Assembly: GCA_032250835.1 (NCBI GenBank)
Contig: JAVVEA010000018.1
Coordinates: 12,428-76,427, forward strand
Origin: a bacterium
Lineage (GTDB): Bacteria > SAR324 > XYD2-FULL-50-16
DNA length: 64,000 nt
Reading direction: 5' to 3'
The position numbers were made by a program, and so were the translations under genes. Below the pieces are notes generated by a model. That model made no database searches. It saw only the letters and a list, made by a program, of their open reading frames with translations, and had not been told where the DNA came from. Each line of letters begins with the position of its first letter. The first letter of the stretch is position 1. Shown piece by piece: positions 60,545 to 64,000 of the stretch.

Positions 60545-60707
60545 AGTGCTCCCACCGCTTGGTGGAAAACCGCAGCACCCAAGAGGTCATCTGCCAAGTC
60601 GCCAGCCTCGACCAACTAGCCAAAATCCTCAAAGGCCTCAACAACCTAAACCCCGTCACCGCAAGGCGCGTCTTCGACGCGCCCGAAGAAGAGGCGGTGG
60701 GGTAGTT
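60545..60707 (+). pseudogene. relA 3'-end copy 2 (163 bp, 4 mismatches to 59264-59426)
   Basis: Manual alignment; encodes HRLVENRSTQEV...EEEAVG*. Confidence 0.93.
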
Positions 60708-60803
60708 TTCCGCTCCCTGGTTTTTTGTACAGGTCCCTGCCTCCGCTGCATCAAGTATGATAATCCCTCACCAAACCCATATTTTTTTCTTGGAGGGGGA
60801 TCA

Positions 60804-61625
60804 TTGCACAAGTTTAACCAATACCTGGAATCTGTTTACGAACAATTTGACCATGAAGTTTTTTTGGAGTGCGAGCAGGCAAAGCAAAATTGGCAGAGTT
60901 GTGCGGACTGCCACCGGAATTCATATTTTCCAGGGGGAACGCCTCAGTACCAATGCAGTGAATTCCGTGAGATGTACCTGATGAGGTCATTGGGAGTGCA
61001 TCTAGACGAGATTTGCTCTGTTTTTACCGGACTGCAAGCAAAGGCTCCTTTTTCGGAAAGAGGGAACACAAGCTTTAAAGTCCTTTCAATCGGTGGTGGG
61101 CCTGGATCAGATGTCACTGGGTTACAGCGGTTCATCAAAGTCAATGAGTCCTTCTTTGGGCGCAAAAGTGCTAAATTTAAAGTCACACGGGTGGAAATGG
61201 AACCAACCTGGGATGACCAGTACGCCGAAGTTGTAAATTTGATCGAGAGCCCAGGATTTCAGTTTAAATTTGAAAACCACCATCTTAGTTTCGAAGGCTT
61301 TAGGCCCGAAAGCGAAGGTTATTATGATGTGATTACTCTATCATACGTGTTATCTGAACTCGATTCTTCGCAAATCGCTAATTTGACCAAATTGATAAAT
61401 GATTCTTTGGCCCCAGGCGGGTTACTCGTGATAAATGAGCGACCAGAGGAAAAGTGGGTCACGCAGGTACACAGCATGTTGGAAGCGGTAAACTTGAATC
61501 CTGCGTTTGAAACAGACAAACGGAAAAAAACGGGCCTCTTTATTCCAAACCTCATGACTATAAAGCCAAGTCCAAAAAGGTATTTAAACTCCTACCGCCT
61601 TGGAGCCATTAAGGGGGGCGGGTGA
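60804..61625 (+). CDS. Class I SAM-dependent methyltransferase-like protein with N-terminal Cys cluster
   Basis: SD GGAGGGGG then TTG at 60804; VLSIGGGPGSD, YDVITLSYVLSE, LAPGGLLVINE; CADCH..C. Confidence 0.72.
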   Translation: MHKFNQYLESVYEQFDHEVFLECEQAKQNWQSCADCHRNSYFPGGTPQYQCSEFREMYLMRSLGVHLDEICSVFTGLQAKAPFSERGNTSFKVLSIGGGPGSDVTGLQRFIKVNESFFGRKSAKFKVTRVEMEPTWDDQYAEVVNLIESPGFQFKFENHHLSFEGFRPESEGYYDVITLSYVLSELDSSQIANLTKLINDSLAPGGLLVINERPEEKWVTQVHSMLEAVNLNPAFETDKRKKTGLFIPNLMTIKPSPKRYLNSYRLGAIKGGG

Positions 61626-62569
61626 TCATCAGCGCCAGTAGGCGAACGGACATTCCGGCTTTTTATTCCGAGTGGTTTGTTAACAGGCTGCGCGCTGGGT
61701 ATCTATTGACCCGGAATCCCTTTAACGCCCATCAGGTTAGCAAGGTATCGCTGCTTCCCGAAGACGTGACGGCCATCGTGTTTTGGACCAGAAACCCGAC
61801 TCCTTTAATGAAACACCTGAAGGAGATCGACCGGAGTGGATACCGCTACTATTTTCAATACACCATCACGGGCTACCCTAAGATTCTGGAAACTTCGGTG
61901 CCTAGGCCCCACAGAGCCCTTGAAACCTTTAGCAAGTTAAGCGATTTGGTGGGGGCTAACCGGGTGATTTGGCGCTACGATCCGGTCTTGTTGTCCGCCA
62001 AAATGGATATGGACGAACACAAGCGATTGTTTGTGAAAATTGCCGATTCCTTGGCCAGCAAGACCCGCCGAGTGGTGGTCAGTTTTGCGGACCTGTACAC
62101 CAAGGTGAACCGCAACTTGGCCAAAGTAGACCAATTGCAGCCCTGGGATATTGTTGAACACCGCGATAAACTTTCAGAGCTAGCGTTCTTTTTCTCTAAA
62201 ACAGCAGGAGAGCGCGGTCTTGAAATCCAATCCTGTGCGGAAGATGTAGACCTCTCGAAAGAAGGGATCGAGCATGGGAAGTGTATTGATGACCAGCTGA
62301 TAGGGTCGGTCTTAAAGGTGGAGTCAGACCACGCAAAAGATAAAGGCCAAAGGGAGGCTTGCGGCTGTGTTAAGAGCGTCGACATCGGGATGTACAACAC
62401 CTGTTTGCACGGCTGCGCCTATTGCTACGCCACAGCCAACAAGTCTTTGGCCCTAAAAAATCACGAAAAACATGACCCCAACAGCCCCTTTTTGATCGGG
62501 CAGCCAAAAGACACGGATCAAGTGAAGACCGTTGAAGGGAAGGGCCCTATCCAAGAAACCCTTTTCTAA
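61622..62569 (+). CDS. DUF1848 family protein (radical-SAM-like Fe-S motif)
   Basis: MIISASRRTDIPAFY, VFWTRNP, WRYDP, CGCVKSVDIG, CLHGCAYCYA. Confidence 0.92.
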   Translation: MIISASRRTDIPAFYSEWFVNRLRAGYLLTRNPFNAHQVSKVSLLPEDVTAIVFWTRNPTPLMKHLKEIDRSGYRYYFQYTITGYPKILETSVPRPHRALETFSKLSDLVGANRVIWRYDPVLLSAKMDMDEHKRLFVKIADSLASKTRRVVVSFADLYTKVNRNLAKVDQLQPWDIVEHRDKLSELAFFFSKTAGERGLEIQSCAEDVDLSKEGIEHGKCIDDQLIGSVLKVESDHAKDKGQREACGCVKSVDIGMYNTCLHGCAYCYATANKSLALKNHEKHDPNSPFLIGQPKDTDQVKTVEGKGPIQETLF

Positions 62570-62627
62570 AGGGCTCAAAACCTTATTTACCCGCTCAGTC
62601 TTTATCTATCGAGCAGAACCCGCACAG

Positions 62628-62817
62628 CTTCGCTTCGGCCAAGATGGTTTTGCAGGAGTGCCACCACCGCTTGGTGGAAAATCGCAGCCGCCAAGAGGTC
62701 ATCTGCCAAGTCGCCAGCCTCGATCAATTGGCCAAAATCCTCAAAGGCCTCAACAGCCTAAACCCTGTCAGCGCAAGGCGCGTCTTCGATTCGCCGGTGT
62801 AAGAGGCGGTGGATTAG
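62628..62817 (+). pseudogene. relA 3'-end copy 3 (190 bp, about 20 mismatches to 59235-59424, premature TAA)
   Basis: Manual ungapped alignment. Confidence 0.9.
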
Positions 62818-62982
62818 GCAAGGTTTTCCCCTGCCCGTGGTTTGGTGGGCCGGTCGTTAATCATCCTTTAAAAAATATCCCCAATATCCCCCGAGCCTTA
62901 CTGTTTCGGTAAGTGGCGTGATTTAATTCTGGTCCGATTCTGGATAAGCAACAAAAATTGCTAACCTGACCTAGGACCCAAC

Positions 62983-63927
62983 GTGAAACAAGCCAGCCAA
63001 GATTTTCTAGCCCATTGCCGCCTAGAAAAGAACCTTTCCGCCCATACCCTCAAGGCCTACCAGGGCGACCTAAACAGCTTCATCCGGTTTTTGGGGCCCA
63101 AAGTTAGTCCCGAGCAGGTGGGCAAAGAGCAGTTGCGTTTGTTTTTAGGGGAGCTTAAAGACGGCCAGCAACTAAAAGCCACCAGCATCAAACGCCGCTA
63201 CGCCTGCCTGAAGGTGTTTTTTGCCTGGCTTGAAGAGGAAGAACGTATCTCGCTGACCCCTTTTCACCGCTTCCGGCTCCAGCTACGCCTGCCCCACCGA
63301 CTCCCGCGCCACCTGCACCGAACAGAGTTGAGGCAATTGTTTACCCTGGCCGCTAAAGCCGCCGGTTTGGATTGGCGGCAAGGTTACCCCGATGTCCTGA
63401 GTTACCGGGCCCAAGGGGCCGGGACCTTTGGGGCCCTGTCCCTGCTGGTGGGGATCGAGCTGATGTACTCGACGGGCATCCGGGTCGGGGAATTGGTCGA
63501 GATCGGGCTGGAAGAATTGGACCTAGAGGCCAAAGAAATCCTGATCCACGGCAAGGGGCAGCGCGAGCGCCGGGTTTATTTGATGGATAGCGAGTTGTTA
63601 CAGCTTTTGGGTCTGTACCTAGCCCAGCGCAGCCGCCTCAACCCCGACCACCCCAAGCTACTCTGCGATGCTGCGGGCCAACCTTTGGACACCGCCTGGG
63701 TCCGCCAACGCATCAAGGCCCTGAACCTAGACCGCCACGTAACCCCCCACATGCTCCGCCACAGTTGTGCTACGGGCCTCATCGAATGTGGCACCGACAT
63801 CCGCTTTGTTCAGCGCCTCCTAGGCCACCAATCCATCTCCACCACCCAACTCTACACCCACATCCAAGACCAAGCCCTCCGCCAAGCCCTAACCCTAGCC
63901 CAGCCCAGGAGGCAGATGATGGGATAA
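62983..63927 (+). CDS. Tyrosine recombinase/integrase (XerC/D-like fold)
   Basis: N-terminal LSAHTLKAY, TGIRVGEL, HGKG, TPHMLRH, LLGH, TQLYTH; all catalytic residues present. Confidence 0.93.
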   Translation: MKQASQDFLAHCRLEKNLSAHTLKAYQGDLNSFIRFLGPKVSPEQVGKEQLRLFLGELKDGQQLKATSIKRRYACLKVFFAWLEEEERISLTPFHRFRLQLRLPHRLPRHLHRTELRQLFTLAAKAAGLDWRQGYPDVLSYRAQGAGTFGALSLLVGIELMYSTGIRVGELVEIGLEELDLEAKEILIHGKGQRERRVYLMDSELLQLLGLYLAQRSRLNPDHPKLLCDAAGQPLDTAWVRQRIKALNLDRHVTPHMLRHSCATGLIECGTDIRFVQRLLGHQSISTTQLYTHIQDQALRQALTLAQPRRQMMG

Positions 63928-64000
63928 CTAGGAATTATTATGCCCTACTCTTTTAACTGGCACATGGAGCAAGCGCACAATCGTCCATTAGATGGGAATC

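Larger units (their letters stand above)
59425..63927. mobile_element. Accessory island/cassette array at the relA 3' end, with a tyrosine recombinase
   Basis: Cargo pairs separated by relA-tail direct repeats; recombinase follows the last copy; right boundary may lie outside the window. Confidence 0.7.

Noticed and set aside
60546-60803. N-terminal extension of the 359-aa ORF, and the similar ORFs 59265-59555 and 62532-62912
   Set aside because: Alternative-frame read-through of the relA-tail repeat; a strong SD supports a start at 60804
59235-62817. Diversity-generating retroelement TR/VR pair
   Set aside because: Mismatches are not adenine-specific and there is no reverse transcriptase in the window
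59425-63927. Classical integron
   Set aside because: No attC-like palindromes seen, and the recombinase shows no obvious IntI-specific insertion before the HxxR motif
62983-63927. Housekeeping xerC/xerD
   Set aside because: Same fold, but the island context and an atypical central insertion argue against assigning the symbol without a phylogeny

Overview
Bacterial chromosomal window with fairly GC-rich, proteobacterial-type genes. My impression is a deltaproteobacteria/SAR324-like lineage, which is inference only. In order it holds: a truncated DUF2914-like gene; a dense two-component/c-di-GMP signalling block (1.8-17.6 kb) interrupted by MATE and creA; a small AT-richer Fic islet; a V/A-type ATPase operon (E-C-A-B-D-I-K) with Na+-type K residues; a surface module (Ig-domain/beta-barrel protein, FecR-domain protein, large LamG lipoprotein) and a 7TM-DISM kinase; a porin-like gene, di-heme peroxidase, CHASE kinase, CDF, flippase/MsbA and CBS-PPase; then rpmB, rhodanese-NifU, gmk and relA. 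No rRNA, convincing tRNA or CRISPR was found. Two structures stand out. (1) The last 160-190 bp of relA occur three times (native, about 97% and about 89% identical copies). The copies bracket integrase-free two-gene cassettes and precede a tyrosine recombinase, which looks like a serial cassette-accretion array anchored in the relA 3' end. (2) Directly behind an orphan 124-aa gene lie three hairpins with different, co-varying stems but an identical C-rich, anti-Shine-Dalgarno-like loop, a strong candidate multi-module regulatory RNA.
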